64,000 bases of DNA from Bacteroides sp. (GCA_014802385.1 JAAVCJ010000025.1:40159-104158), one strand, 5' to 3'; positions 25,498-36,033 are shown, numbered from the stretch's first letter. Notes: a model not told the origin generated them from the letters alone. Numbers and translations are program-made.

Positions 25498-28400
25498 TCA
25501 GTCAATCGTCACATGCAGCGAATGCACCGACTGACTACCGCGAGGCCTTATCACCCTCCTCAGCTCCGCCACCGCGTTCTCAGCCGCCACCGCCGCCCTA
25601 CGGCACTCCACAACCGTGTCAGCCGTGTTTCGCTGAATAGCCATGTAGCTATCCATCGCCTGCTGCTGCCAGTCAGTCCACCCCCCCGACACTGCCCCCG
25701 ACGAGGGTAGGGCAGACACCTTACCACCCTCCATCAGCTGCCTTATCGCCGCCACGTTCACCGCCATGCCCGGCAAGTGGCTGACATAATAATTCTGAGC
25801 ATTCAGCGCCGCCGTGTTAGCATTCATCTCCTCACTCGTCGCCCCCGCCACCTCACGCTTTATACCCGTATACTCCCCGTCCGACTCACCCAACAGCGCC
25901 TTCATGTCATAGCCCCGCGCCTCAAGCGACTTCCACAACACCTCCATGCCATTGTTAGCCGCCGCCAGAGCCGAGTCCATACCCTTCATTATCGCATCAA
26001 TCGCACCCTCCACATCATTGTCGGCAAGCATCTTGTCCATATCCTGCCACATCGGAGTCAGAGCATTCTCAATCACCCTCGCCGCAGCACCCTCCACAAT
26101 CATATTCTTCACCAAGTCAGCATAGTCCTCCTTGATAGCCGTGAACGTATCACTCATCGACGCCCTCGCATCAATCCACGACTGCGCCATCTGCCGCGCG
26201 GCATCAGCCCTGCTCGACCCCGTGAAGTGAGCCGTCAGCTCAGCCTGCATATCCTTAATATTGTCAGCTGCCTCACGCGCTGCCTCCTCATACTCCTTGA
26301 TCTTATCCTTATCCGCCTTTTTCCCCTTCGACCGCTCCGCCTCAGCCTGCTTCATGTAAGCCTCCTGCTGCGCCTGGAGGTTTCTGAGCTGCTGGTCATA
26401 GTTATCGATATACTGAGCGCCGAACACATTCTCAGCCGCCTTTTCAAGTCTGCCGTAGGTGTATTCGAGTTGGTCTAACAGCTCCTTCTGACGCTCAATC
26501 TCCTTATTCGCCTTGCGGACTTTATTTCCGCTTATCCACGACCCTATCGCCGCGCCGACAGCGAGCACTCCGGCAGCAATCGCTATATACGGATTAGACT
26601 CAGCAATAGCATTAAACAATGCTTGTGCAGTCGTAACCACACCGATAGCCTTACTCATCGTCTGCAATGACCCTATTGCAGCATCAAACACTAAACCTGC
26701 CGCCGAGTCCTCCGATATACCCAGTAAATCTTTCACATCACCGAGAGTGTTTGCAAGCTGGTCAGCCGCCGATGCAACATTTTGCAAATCTTTGAAAAAC
26801 TTATTAGTCGCCTTCTTCTGCTTGTCTTGCTGTTCAGTGACCTTAGCCTCAGCCTCCTTAACCTTTTCAGCCGCCTTGGCCTTTGCTTGTTCCGCATTAG
26901 TTACAGCCTGTTCTGCATTGTTAAGCCGTAACTCAGCCGCGAGGATTTGCTCCTCGGTTGCAAGGCCATCTTTCTTCAGTAACAATAATGACGTTTCAGC
27001 ATCAAGTCGCTCCTCCTCAGCCATACTTATGTCAGCATCAAGCTTCGGGAGTTGCTCCTCATACTCAGCTTGTGCTGTGTTCAACTCAGCTCTCGCCGTT
27101 TTTAGGTCACGCAGGGCAGCCATGTAGTCGCGGACACTCTGCACCATATCGTTGCCGAAACCGCGCCCGCTTATCTGCTCGTCTATGTCCTCCATAGCCT
27201 TGACAAGCGTCTTCATATTCTCCGGCGAAAGGTCTTTATTGGTATCTATCAGCTTACGCATTTCCTCGCGCAGACGTTTGAGAGCGGCAGTCGAAGTGTT
27301 ATCAAGATTCTCAAAAATCTTGATGTAATCCTCACTCTTGGTAAACTCCTCAAAGTTCACTTTAGCCACGTCCTTGTCCTGCTTTGTACGACTTTGTGCA
27401 GCGAGACGGTCTTTCTCATCTTGCGGCAGATTGCTCTTGTAAATCTCCGCTCTGCGCTGTGTCTCGCGGTTGATTATGTCTGTACGCTGCTCCTCATAGT
27501 CCTTTGCTTTGGCAAGCTCCTTTTCCCAAGTAAGGATATTTGCGGCGGCGGTCTTTTGACCCTCCGAGACTATATTCTGTGCCGTGTCGCGGTTTTTCTC
27601 TATTATGTCGGCCTGATACTTCTCGTATATTTCTGCGAGTTTTTCATAATTGATACGCTGATTTGTTGTGTCAATAGCCGCGTCAATGTCTGCTGTTATC
27701 TGCATGTCAATACCGGCGTCGCCCGAAGTGAACGACTGCCTAATCTGCTCCACAATATTATCAAACAACCCCTCACCCGTATCACCATACACACTCATCG
27801 TCACACTCGCCGCCAAATCCACATCACCCGTCTGGCTCAGAATCTTATCATAGAACTCCCTTGCGGTCTTGGTGCGCGATATGCGGTCGGAGAGTTCTTT
27901 GAGCTTCTTGTCAACCATCTCAGTCTCATTCTTCAGCCAACGCGCGTCCATACTCTTACCCAGCGTAATCTGTGCCCTCCGCGCCACCACCGTGTTAATC
28001 TTACCCAGCGCATTCCAAATCTCCGTCTGATACCTGTTCAGCTCCTTGATCGTCTTCGGCGCGTCAAACTTCAGCCCGAACTCCCCAGCCAGCTCATTCA
28101 GATACTCCAGCTCCTGCCTGTAAGTCTTATCTATATACTCCGACGCCCTCACCGACCCCACACGCTTCTCCAGCTCCTCATACTTGTCAAGCATCGACAC
28201 CAGCGCCCGCTCCATCTCCTGCAACGTCTGCACCCTCCCGTCACCACGGCCACCGCCATTTTGCACCGCCGGCAAGCGATTCAGAAACGCCTCCAGCACA
28301 GCCGCCTCCAACTTCGCCTCCTTGATAGTCTCCTTCGTCTTCTCGATACTCTCAGGCGACACAACACCCACACCAACCCCCTTCCCATAATTCTCCACCA

Positions 28401-31227
28401 CAACATTCTCCTGTTGTATGTAAGCCTTCCTCTCCTCAAGCCACTCCTGCAACTTCTTCCTGTACGAGTCAAGATCATCACCCCCCTGCGCCAGAAACCG
28501 CTTCATCTTGTCCATATTGCCCCCCATCGCCCCAGTGATCTGCTCCAGAGCATCCCTCATTGTGTTCACAAAGCCCCCCTGCGGCACCCATTTGACATAC
28601 TCCCTCTGCAACTTTGCCGTCGCCAGCTTAGCCGACTCAATCGTCTTCGACGCCCCCTTGTCAAGCTCATCATTAACAGCATCCCAGTTAATACGCATCT
28701 GCTCCCCATCCATCATCGTCATCGTCGATATGTCAAACGTCAGCCCCTCCCTCTCAAACACCTCCTGCAAGAACTTCACATACTCCCTCACCTTTACACG
28801 CTCAACCTCTTGGTCATACTCAAACGTACCCTTCTTGGCAGTTATTGGAGCATTCTTTATATTCTCAAAAACCCTCTCATACCTGTTCGCATAGCTCAGC
28901 AAATCCGCATTAAGCGCCCTCATCGTCAGCTCCGACTCCTCATCAATCCTCGAGTAAGTTTCATGAACAGTATTATAGAGCTTCATAAAAGGAATGTAGA
29001 GATTAGACACCTTGCTTATATATGACTCATCAACGTCAAACCCCGTCACACTCTCAAGCGCCTTGGTGATAGCCTCGTCAAAACTCAGCGACGTGTCCTT
29101 CGAGAACTCCTCAAGCGCCGTCTTAATACGCTTCACATCATCAGCCGACAACTCAATCTTCTGCCACCCTTGACCCTCCTTCCTATATTGAAACTCTGCC
29201 CCCTTATTAGCATTCTCAAACTGCTTATTTATCTCCTTCAGCTTCACCCCCTGCTCCTCGATAAGCGCGTTAGCCTTATTAATCTGCAACTGCTCAGCCG
29301 CATACTCCCTTATCGCCACCGTCAACTGCTCATAATTACCCTTCATCGCCCTCAGCCTCTCTATAGTCATATCCTGCACCGGGATCATCTTACCGAACGT
29401 ATTATGCAACTCCTGCAAAGCCTCTCTCTGCTGCCGGCTCCCATCCGTCGACTCAGTTATCGTCTTCGTCAGGCGCTCAAACGTCAGTATCGACTGCTCC
29501 AGCCCCGTCCGCGCCTCCGCGTCCAGTCCCCTCAGCTTCTTCTCGAGCTCATCAGTCTTCGTCAGCACATCATACACCTTAAAACCAATCGCCGCCACCA
29601 GTGCTAACAACATCGTCAGCCAGTTGCGCGACAACGCCGTCTTCAGCTTATTCGTCGCCTTAGTCCACAGATTAGTCGACTGCGCCGCCCTACTTTCAGC
29701 AAAAGCCGCCTCAAGAGCCGCCTTTGCCGACACTCGCGAAGCTGTAGCCTGCGCCGTCCTCGCGTAAGCATTAGCTTTAATTGCATTTGAACTGTTCTGA
29801 GTCAGCGCCGCCTCCTGTTTGAGAGCAACAGCCTCCCTCTGCAAAGCCACATTATACGCATTTTGAGCCGCGGTCAACTTATTATTAGCCGCCACCCTCG
29901 CCGAGTCAATACCACCCTGCCAGGCACCCACCACCGACTTCACCTTATTAGCAGCCCAAAACGCCGCCAGAGCCGCGCCCGCCGTTCCGATGGCCGAACC
30001 AACCTCTCGCCAATTCCTCATCATCTCAGTCAGCAACTCAATCGTCCCCCTCATCGCCGCGTTGACAGTGCCGTTGTTACCGATCTGGTCATACATCACC
30101 GACGCCGCGTCACCCAGCTTAGCCCACATACCCGCCAACGTGTTACCCTGCTTCTCTTGCATATTGTAGAACATACCCCCCGCGCTCGTCATATCATCGA
30201 AAACCTCCTTGACAAGCTCAAACGATATGGCACGCTTCGACACCATATCCATCACCTGCGCCGCCGTAACCAATTCCCCGTTCATCTTCGACAACTTCGC
30301 CGCAAGTTCCTCAACGATAGGCACTCCCATCTCCGTGAACTGTCTGATCTCCGAAGCCCTCAGGTACCCCGTGGCGCGCGTCTGGCCGTAGGCAAGCACG
30401 ACGCGATCCATCGACACACCCAAGCCCACCGACACATCCGTCAGCTTCTTAGTCGTCTCAAACAACTCATCAACCCCAATCTTATACGCCGCCAGTTGCT
30501 TCGTGTACTTCGTCAAGTCAAGAATCGACACCGGCGACTTCAACGCGAAATTCTTAATCTCCGAGAACAACTGGTTAGCCCGCTGCTGATCCTGAATAAT
30601 CGCCCCCAGCGACACACGCTGCAACTCAAACTCCGCCGTAACCGACCTTACCGAAGTAAGAAACATCTTTACCTTCTGAAGACCCGCATACACCGCCAAC
30701 CGCTTCGTCAGCCTCCAAATCAAACTATCCTGAGACTGATAAGCCCTGTTCAGACCCTGCGTCGCCGCCGCCCCCCTCGCCGCCGCCCGGGCATCCCTCT
30801 CCCTCGCCGCCGCCAAGTTATACTCAGCCCTCGCCGCCCTTTGAGCCGCCAACGCTGACTGCGCCTTCGCTCGCTCCTCATTCACCCTCACACGCGACGC
30901 GTCAACGGCCCCACGAGTCGACACCCGAGAGTATTTCTGCACAGCCTCCAACGCCTTGGCAAGTGTCCTCAGCTCCCCCGCCAGCTCCTTGATCGCCCTC
31001 TTAGTCTCCGGCGTCACGGGCTCCAGCTTCAGCTCCGCCAACCGCTTCTTCACCGCATCAAGACTATCAAGTTTTGACGTGTCAAGGTTCAACTTAACAT
31101 TTATAGGGCGTTTTGCGATAAGTTTTTCTAATCTTTCCGCATACTTCTTATCCCAATCATCACCCGCGCCCTTAACCGCCGCCTCCAGATCAAACCCTAT
31201 CGGGAATATCAATTTGTCATCAGCCAT
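25498..31227 (-). CDS. tail tape measure protein
   Basis: 1909 aa and largely alpha-helical. The conserved tape-measure core reads ...LKSPVSILDLTKYTKQLAAYKIG...VGLGVSMDRVVLAYGQTRATGYLRASEIRQFTEMGVP. It lies downstream of the chaperone pair. Confidence 0.9.
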   Translation of the reverse strand: MADDKLIFPIGFDLEAAVKGAGDDWDKKYAERLEKLIAKRPINVKLNLDTSKLDSLDAVKKRLAELKLEPVTPETKRAIKELAGELRTLAKALEAVQKYSRVSTRGAVDASRVRVNEERAKAQSALAAQRAARAEYNLAAARERDARAAARGAAATQGLNRAYQSQDSLIWRLTKRLAVYAGLQKVKMFLTSVRSVTAEFELQRVSLGAIIQDQQRANQLFSEIKNFALKSPVSILDLTKYTKQLAAYKIGVDELFETTKKLTDVSVGLGVSMDRVVLAYGQTRATGYLRASEIRQFTEMGVPIVEELAAKLSKMNGELVTAAQVMDMVSKRAISFELVKEVFDDMTSAGGMFYNMQEKQGNTLAGMWAKLGDAASVMYDQIGNNGTVNAAMRGTIELLTEMMRNWREVGSAIGTAGAALAAFWAANKVKSVVGAWQGGIDSARVAANNKLTAAQNAYNVALQREAVALKQEAALTQNSSNAIKANAYARTAQATASRVSAKAALEAAFAESRAAQSTNLWTKATNKLKTALSRNWLTMLLALVAAIGFKVYDVLTKTDELEKKLRGLDAEARTGLEQSILTFERLTKTITESTDGSRQQREALQELHNTFGKMIPVQDMTIERLRAMKGNYEQLTVAIREYAAEQLQINKANALIEEQGVKLKEINKQFENANKGAEFQYRKEGQGWQKIELSADDVKRIKTALEEFSKDTSLSFDEAITKALESVTGFDVDESYISKVSNLYIPFMKLYNTVHETYSRIDEESELTMRALNADLLSYANRYERVFENIKNAPITAKKGTFEYDQEVERVKVREYVKFLQEVFEREGLTFDISTMTMMDGEQMRINWDAVNDELDKGASKTIESAKLATAKLQREYVKWVPQGGFVNTMRDALEQITGAMGGNMDKMKRFLAQGGDDLDSYRKKLQEWLEERKAYIQQENVVVENYGKGVGVGVVSPESIEKTKETIKEAKLEAAVLEAFLNRLPAVQNGGGRGDGRVQTLQEMERALVSMLDKYEELEKRVGSVRASEYIDKTYRQELEYLNELAGEFGLKFDAPKTIKELNRYQTEIWNALGKINTVVARRAQITLGKSMDARWLKNETEMVDKKLKELSDRISRTKTAREFYDKILSQTGDVDLAASVTMSVYGDTGEGLFDNIVEQIRQSFTSGDAGIDMQITADIDAAIDTTNQRINYEKLAEIYEKYQADIIEKNRDTAQNIVSEGQKTAAANILTWEKELAKAKDYEEQRTDIINRETQRRAEIYKSNLPQDEKDRLAAQSRTKQDKDVAKVNFEEFTKSEDYIKIFENLDNTSTAALKRLREEMRKLIDTNKDLSPENMKTLVKAMEDIDEQISGRGFGNDMVQSVRDYMAALRDLKTARAELNTAQAEYEEQLPKLDADISMAEEERLDAETSLLLLKKDGLATEEQILAAELRLNNAEQAVTNAEQAKAKAAEKVKEAEAKVTEQQDKQKKATNKFFKDLQNVASAADQLANTLGDVKDLLGISEDSAAGLVFDAAIGSLQTMSKAIGVVTTAQALFNAIAESNPYIAIAAGVLAVGAAIGSWISGNKVRKANKEIERQKELLDQLEYTYGRLEKAAENVFGAQYIDNYDQQLRNLQAQQEAYMKQAEAERSKGKKADKDKIKEYEEAAREAADNIKDMQAELTAHFTGSSRADAARQMAQSWIDARASMSDTFTAIKEDYADLVKNMIVEGAAARVIENALTPMWQDMDKMLADNDVEGAIDAIMKGMDSALAAANNGMEVLWKSLEARGYDMKALLGESDGEYTGIKREVAGATSEEMNANTAALNAQNYYVSHLPGMAVNVAAIRQLMEGGKVSALPSSGAVSGGWTDWQQQAMDSYMAIQRNTADTVVECRRAAVAAENAVAELRRVIRPRGSQSVHSLHVTID

Positions 31228-31274
31228 TGCCTATATATCGTAAAATTTTAAAAAAACCTCCCCCCCCCCGATAA

Positions 31275-31550
31275 CTACTCATCATTCATCGCCACCCTCT
31301 GCATCTCCTCAGCCGTCATCTCCCCCTCCTGACGGTCACCTATCCGTTTCACCTTACCAAACCCCATACGCGAGAAAATCGACTGCGTCTGCTCATGCGT
31401 CCGCTCATGCCGCTCCACAACACCCCTCACCCTCGGCTCACAATAATCATAGTCATAGTAACCCTTATCCATAAGCATGAGTGTCACAAAATCCGCCGTG
31501 TCAAGATACCAATACCTCAGCCACGACCACAGCCCGTAATCTCCATACAC
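31275..31550 (-). CDS. tail assembly chaperone, T-like distal part (may be expressed as a -1 frameshift fusion with 31595-32176)
   Basis: Its frame is -1 relative to the upstream ORF and stays open back to 31760, overlapping the last ~165 nt of that ORF. Confidence 0.5.
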   Translation of the reverse strand: MYGDYGLWSWLRYWYLDTADFVTLMLMDKGYYDYDYCEPRVRGVVERHERTHEQTQSIFSRMGFGKVKRIGDRQEGEMTAEEMQRVAMNDE

Positions 31551-31594
31551 CGCCTTAATCTTCTCATTGTCCGAGCTACACCCCAGCGCCGGCG

Positions 31595-32176
31595 CTACTT
31601 GCTGTCCTCCTCCCTTTTCGGCAAAGCGTCCTCGTCCAACATACTTTCCGCACTCGCCTTTCGCTCTTGCATCTGCTTGACGGCGTTGCCAACCTGAATC
31701 GTAGAGCGTCCGAGTGCTTGTTTTGAGCTGCCCAAGTTGGCTAAATAAAAAACCTGATTCTCACTCATGAGAGCTTCTTCGCTGTTGATTGTCCCACTCA
31801 CTTGCTCCGAGGCGTTGTAAATGCGCCTCCACGTCAGAGCGAAAGCAAAGGGGATAAGCCACCGCCACCGCCCCAGCACCCTATACGCCGCCTTCTTCGC
31901 ATACGCCTTACGTATCCTGGCATTCAGCCGCTTCGCCTTACGTCGGCTAATACCCTCGGCTTTTAGCTCATTCTGCCAATAAAGCACGTCATAGTCAAGA
32001 TTGAGCATTTTGAGGTTCTGCCGCTGCGACGTCGGGCGCACGTGCCACACCTTGCCGTCAATCACTATCTTCTGCCCTTTGCCGCGTTGGAGCGCATTTG
32101 CCTCGGCAAGCAGACTCAACATCGCTTGCTCGTCAAGCGTCATTTCAGGCTCAGCACGTTTCTCGGTATCACTCAT
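31595..32176 (-). CDS. tail assembly chaperone (gpG-like), assigned by position
   Basis: 193-aa ORF between the major tail gene and the tape measure. Confidence 0.55.
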   Translation of the reverse strand: MSDTEKRAEPEMTLDEQAMLSLLAEANALQRGKGQKIVIDGKVWHVRPTSQRQNLKMLNLDYDVLYWQNELKAEGISRRKAKRLNARIRKAYAKKAAYRVLGRWRWLIPFAFALTWRRIYNASEQVSGTINSEEALMSENQVFYLANLGSSKQALGRSTIQVGNAVKQMQERKASAESMLDEDALPKREEDSK

Positions 32177-32236
32177 CCACTTCCTTCATTTTAATAATTA
32201 TGACTTCAAAAAAAGTACGATGCACAACCCCCTCCT

Positions 32237-32265
32237 TGTAGGGACGCGAATTTTCGCGTCCGCCG
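32237..32265. repeat. 29-bp conserved hairpin element, copy 1 (TGTAGGGACGCGAATTTTCGCGTCCGCCG)
   Basis: Stem GGACGCG/CGCGTCC with loop AATTTT. Located between the major tail and chaperone genes. Confidence 0.85.
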
Positions 32266-32295
32266 ACATAAAGGAATCGTGCATCGTGTCAATTG

Positions 32296-32877
32296 TTATT
32301 CGGTTTCGGCTGTGGGTTTACCTTTACCCATCATAAATGTACCGAGGGTATCGGTATCAATGTACTCAGCGGTCGCGGTGATATGGAGTCGCCACAGTTT
32401 TGAGTCGAGGGTGAGGTTACCGACAATCTTTGCTTTCGGGAAAAGAATCCACTTGTTTGCCTCATCGTTGAAAATTGCGATGGGAGCGGTGGTCACCGGC
32501 AGCTCCACAAACTTCACCACATCGCTCACCTCACTTATCGACGTCGAACTCAGTGTCCCCTGCACCTTAGTCGCCTTCATCAGCGCCAGCACCATCTCCG
32601 CCGAGAGGTCTGCTATGTCACAAGAGAAAGCATAAGTTCCGGCCGTCACAGTCGACACGATAGGGTCACCCTGCTCGTCTTTGATTACGTCAATTGTGGG
32701 GTCATCGCCCTCCCATGAGGTTGAGTCTTCCACAACCTGACCGAGTGACATACCGCTCGCCGTCACATCCTCAAACGACGTATTATCCTTATACCCACCC
32801 TTCGGAGCGTCAAACAACGCTATGTCACTCTGTCCGTTAAAAACCTCAGTGACCTTTTTAGCTTTAATTCCAGCCAT
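32296..32877 (-). CDS. major tail (tube) protein, assigned by position
   Basis: 193-aa acidic, beta-rich ORF directly upstream of the chaperone and tape measure genes. Confidence 0.6.
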   Translation of the reverse strand: MAGIKAKKVTEVFNGQSDIALFDAPKGGYKDNTSFEDVTASGMSLGQVVEDSTSWEGDDPTIDVIKDEQGDPIVSTVTAGTYAFSCDIADLSAEMVLALMKATKVQGTLSSTSISEVSDVVKFVELPVTTAPIAIFNDEANKWILFPKAKIVGNLTLDSKLWRLHITATAEYIDTDTLGTFMMGKGKPTAETE

Positions 32878-32908
32878 TGTTATATGGTTTTAGTAGTTTA
32901 TAATTCAG

Positions 32909-33340
32909 TTAAGTTGTATGCCACGCCACATTGATCACCGTTGTCGCGTAGCCCGTTGTAAGGTTCACAGTCGGGGGCGTTATCACATTGGTAGGGTCAA
33001 GAGAGAAGAAGAACCCTTGCGAGGATTTGCGGTCAGCAAGCTCCGCACACTGCGTCACCATCTGCCTTAGCCGTGCCGTCTTAGCCGTGCCGTCAGCATT
33101 AGCCTTGCAGTAGAGCGTTAGAGCGAGATTCCCCTTGAACTGCCCGATGGGGTTAGTCCATGAACTTATCACTCCGTTGCTCTGCACCGTCAGGAACTCG
33201 TCCGCAAGCCCCTTGTTAGGCATCTTGGCTTGCCCGTAAGCTTTGATGGCATACTTGCTCGTTGCCGAGGTCTGCACCTCCACCTTGCCGTCAAGCAGAG
33301 CCGCGAGCGCAACATCGGGTGTCAGTTCTGCGAGGGTCAT
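32909..33340 (-). CDS. tail terminator / tail completion protein candidate
   Basis: 143-aa ORF in the connector-to-tail region; assigned by position only. Confidence 0.45.
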   Translation of the reverse strand: MTLAELTPDVALAALLDGKVEVQTSATSKYAIKAYGQAKMPNKGLADEFLTVQSNGVISSWTNPIGQFKGNLALTLYCKANADGTAKTARLRQMVTQCAELADRKSSQGFFFSLDPTNVITPPTVNLTTGYATTVINVAWHTT

Positions 33341-33846
33341 GCTTCCGTGGGTGTTATGGGTTGTAACCCGGTTATCACATTCTGAAACAGCACCTCACCC
33401 AGCGAGTCAAAGAACCCCACACCACGCCCCCACTTAGAGCCTTGTGCGTTGATTTTGTAGGCGTAGGAAACCGTAGAGAAAAGCACAATCCATATCCCTT
33501 TTGCGAATTGTGAGGTTGCCGCTTGTAATGCGAGTCGAAGATTGATAGAGCCGTCAATGCCCACCTCGCCTCGATTGGTCTGCTGCTCAACAGCAATAGC
33601 CGTCGGTATATACGAACTCAAACGCCCGTCAATGTAAACTCCGACACCCGTAGCATCATGCAGATTACCCGTAAACACCGGGAACTGTCCCGTCCCCGAT
33701 GGAGGCATAAAACCACCGTCAATGTACGCCACAAGCCGCTCAGCCACGCCGCGCAGCATTGCTTCAAGTTTAGCCTTTTCGCGCTCTGCAAAGTCTTTAA
33801 GACCCACCTTGAAAACCTTGCTGTTATGTGTCGTGTGGTCTGCCAT
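33337..33846 (-). CDS. neck / head-tail joining protein candidate
   Basis: 169-aa ORF; assigned by position only. Confidence 0.45.
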   Translation of the reverse strand: MADHTTHNSKVFKVGLKDFAEREKAKLEAMLRGVAERLVAYIDGGFMPPSGTGQFPVFTGNLHDATGVGVYIDGRLSSYIPTAIAVEQQTNRGEVGIDGSINLRLALQAATSQFAKGIWIVLFSTVSYAYKINAQGSKWGRGVGFFDSLGEVLFQNVITGLQPITPTEA

Positions 33847-33868
33847 TAGAGTATGTTTATACTTAGTC

Positions 33869-34195
33869 TTACTTCTCCGTTGATTGCTTAATCTCTATCT
33901 CAGTAACCCAGTCGCCCGTGAGGTCAAGTCCGAGGTCGTTAGCGAGTTTGACAACACCCTCGCGCCTGCGTCCGAGTTGCGTAGTCACTGCGATATTGTC
34001 ATTCTCCTGCACCATCACCGCCTTTGGCAGATACACCACGTCATTGTGCGAGATAATGCTCAGTGAGGTCTGACCTCCCGGCTGAAAGTCGCAAATGCCG
34101 TCGTAAATCTCCTCCTCAATGGGATTGTCCCACTCGTCATACTCGCCCGAAGATCGCGTAATCCGGCAATGGTCTCGGTAACTCAAATCGCTCAT
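33869..34195 (-). CDS. head-closure / head-tail adaptor candidate
   Basis: 108-aa ORF; assigned by position only. Confidence 0.45.
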   Translation of the reverse strand: MSDLSYRDHCRITRSSGEYDEWDNPIEEEIYDGICDFQPGGQTSLSIISHNDVVYLPKAVMVQENDNIAVTTQLGRRREGVVKLANDLGLDLTGDWVTEIEIKQSTEK

Positions 34196-34277
34196 GTCCG
34201 CTGTCTATTAACTATCCATGACGCTTTGTGTAGCAAAGTCATCGACCTTTGGTCGCTTTGCAACACAAAGAAATCGC

Positions 34278-34700
34278 TCATAACCGTCTCCTCCTCAAGC
34301 TTGATGCGTCAAACATACCGCCAGTGTCGGCCTCGCTCTCGTCAATGTCCGCGCCCAACTCCCTGCGCAACTTGTCGCCAAGCGCACGGAAAGCCTCGCG
34401 GTCTTTGGTCGTCAGCGGATAGCCGCCGATTGATATTTGACGGTTCCCTCGTTTCTCGCTCTTGGTGCCGCCCGTGATAGCCGCTGACATAGAGTAATAG
34501 ACCGTAGAGAGAGCATAGTTAAGCCCCTTCAGATAAAAGTCATCGTCCAGATAATCCTCAACCTCGTCCGACAGACTCACAGCACGCAGCTTCACAGGCC
34601 TCGCAAACACCGGCGACAGCACCGCCGCCTCCAGCACACTCGCCTCTATCTGCGTCCCGATACCCTGAAACTGACCCCTAAGCCAATTCTCTACCGTCAT
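34278..34700 (-). CDS. head-tail connector candidate
   Basis: 140-aa ORF immediately downstream of the capsid gene. Confidence 0.45.
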   Translation of the reverse strand: MTVENWLRGQFQGIGTQIEASVLEAAVLSPVFARPVKLRAVSLSDEVEDYLDDDFYLKGLNYALSTVYYSMSAAITGGTKSEKRGNRQISIGGYPLTTKDREAFRALGDKLRRELGADIDESEADTGGMFDASSLRRRRL

Positions 34701-34713
34701 ACTCCGTCATCGT

Positions 34714-36021
34714 TTAGTCTATCGATACCGCCCTTGATTTGCTCGACTTCGAGGCAGGCGCGCTCTGAACCGACGCCCCTGCGACAGTTTCAGTGAAGGC
34801 CACGTTGTAAACCTGACTCGGAACAGTATAGACAGGCAGACAGGTAAGTTCTGAACGCCATGTCGCCACTTTTTCGCGGGGTTCATACCAATACTCGATG
34901 ATACCACGACCACCGAAGATGTCGGTGCTTATCACAGCCGATGTGTCGGGACGGTTGGGTGCAACGGGAATAATGGAAATGATGTTACCCGACGGACGCA
35001 GGAGCATACGACCCTCGTCAAAGCAGTCCATTCGGTTACGTTTCAGCGAGGGTGCAGCGTCGGTCTGCTTGACCGCAACCTCATAGGCGGTGATGGCCGT
35101 TGAGAGAAGCACCTCGTCGATTTCGCAAATCTCCTTGAAGATTTCGATTTTCTGTTCGAGCTTAGACGACAGCAGCCAGTTTCGACCGTAGGCAACTGCA
35201 TTTGCATCGTTGTTGGCAACCTTGTAGAAAGAGTTGTCAAGAGCGTAGGCGATTGTCTTTGCCCAGGCAGGATGTTTAAGCAGGAGTTTGAACGACTTGG
35301 CGTTCATTTCCATAGTAATGCGGTCGTAGCTGTGATAGGGGTGATTGCGAATGTCGTAAACAAGCTGCTGGATATACTCAACGGGGTTTACGTCCTCGTT
35401 GTAAGTAATCTTGCCGTCTGCTTCAACAGTCCAGAACTTAACCGTCTTGCGGTTTTCTTCGGGAACGTGAGAGGGGAATACAAGACCCTTTACGCCACCT
35501 TTCGAGGTTCGGTCGTCAAGTTGGAAATCAAGACGCGACTTCAACTGGCCCACCATGAAGTTCACGGTATTCTTGTGTGCGTTGGGGAGTGCCGATAGCT
35601 TGTCATAGAGGAAATTCTCCAAGTCAGCATTCACCTGCGCTTGTACGTTGTTAGTGCCGGCGAACGCACTCATCATGCCATAAACCTGATGTTTCTTTTC
35701 AGTAACATCAACCTCGTCAATAGTGGTGATTGCCTTGTGGCGGGGAATTGAGCCTGTAAGTTTGTTGAACTTCACCGAGCCACCGATTGCACGAGGGTCA
35801 GAGTACATGTCAACGAATGTCGCCATAACCTCAACGTCGTTGTAGCGCTCCCACATTTCGTATGTGAACACGTCCTGCATACGACCCCATGTAGCACCGC
35901 GAATATCGAGGTTCTGATTCTCGCCTTTAGCGAATACCGTGTTATAAAACTCGGCAAAAATAGGACTTGATGTAATACCGAAGTACCCCATCAAATCACC
36001 CATGTTTCTGTAACTATTCAT
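34714..36021 (-). CDS. major capsid protein (lambda gpE-like position)
   Basis: 435-aa ORF in the order scaffold, decoration, capsid, connectors. Confidence 0.7.
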   Translation of the reverse strand: MNSYRNMGDLMGYFGITSSPIFAEFYNTVFAKGENQNLDIRGATWGRMQDVFTYEMWERYNDVEVMATFVDMYSDPRAIGGSVKFNKLTGSIPRHKAITTIDEVDVTEKKHQVYGMMSAFAGTNNVQAQVNADLENFLYDKLSALPNAHKNTVNFMVGQLKSRLDFQLDDRTSKGGVKGLVFPSHVPEENRKTVKFWTVEADGKITYNEDVNPVEYIQQLVYDIRNHPYHSYDRITMEMNAKSFKLLLKHPAWAKTIAYALDNSFYKVANNDANAVAYGRNWLLSSKLEQKIEIFKEICEIDEVLLSTAITAYEVAVKQTDAAPSLKRNRMDCFDEGRMLLRPSGNIISIIPVAPNRPDTSAVISTDIFGGRGIIEYWYEPREKVATWRSELTCLPVYTVPSQVYNVAFTETVAGASVQSAPASKSSKSRAVSID

Positions 36022-36033
36022 AATTCGATAGGG

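Noticed and set aside
25777-30858. Plus-strand ORFs of 233, 204, 543, 145 and 331 aa antisense to the tape measure gene
   Set aside because: Same artefact: low-complexity Leu/Arg/Pro/His-rich translations overlapping a clearly genuine 1909-aa tape measure ORF.
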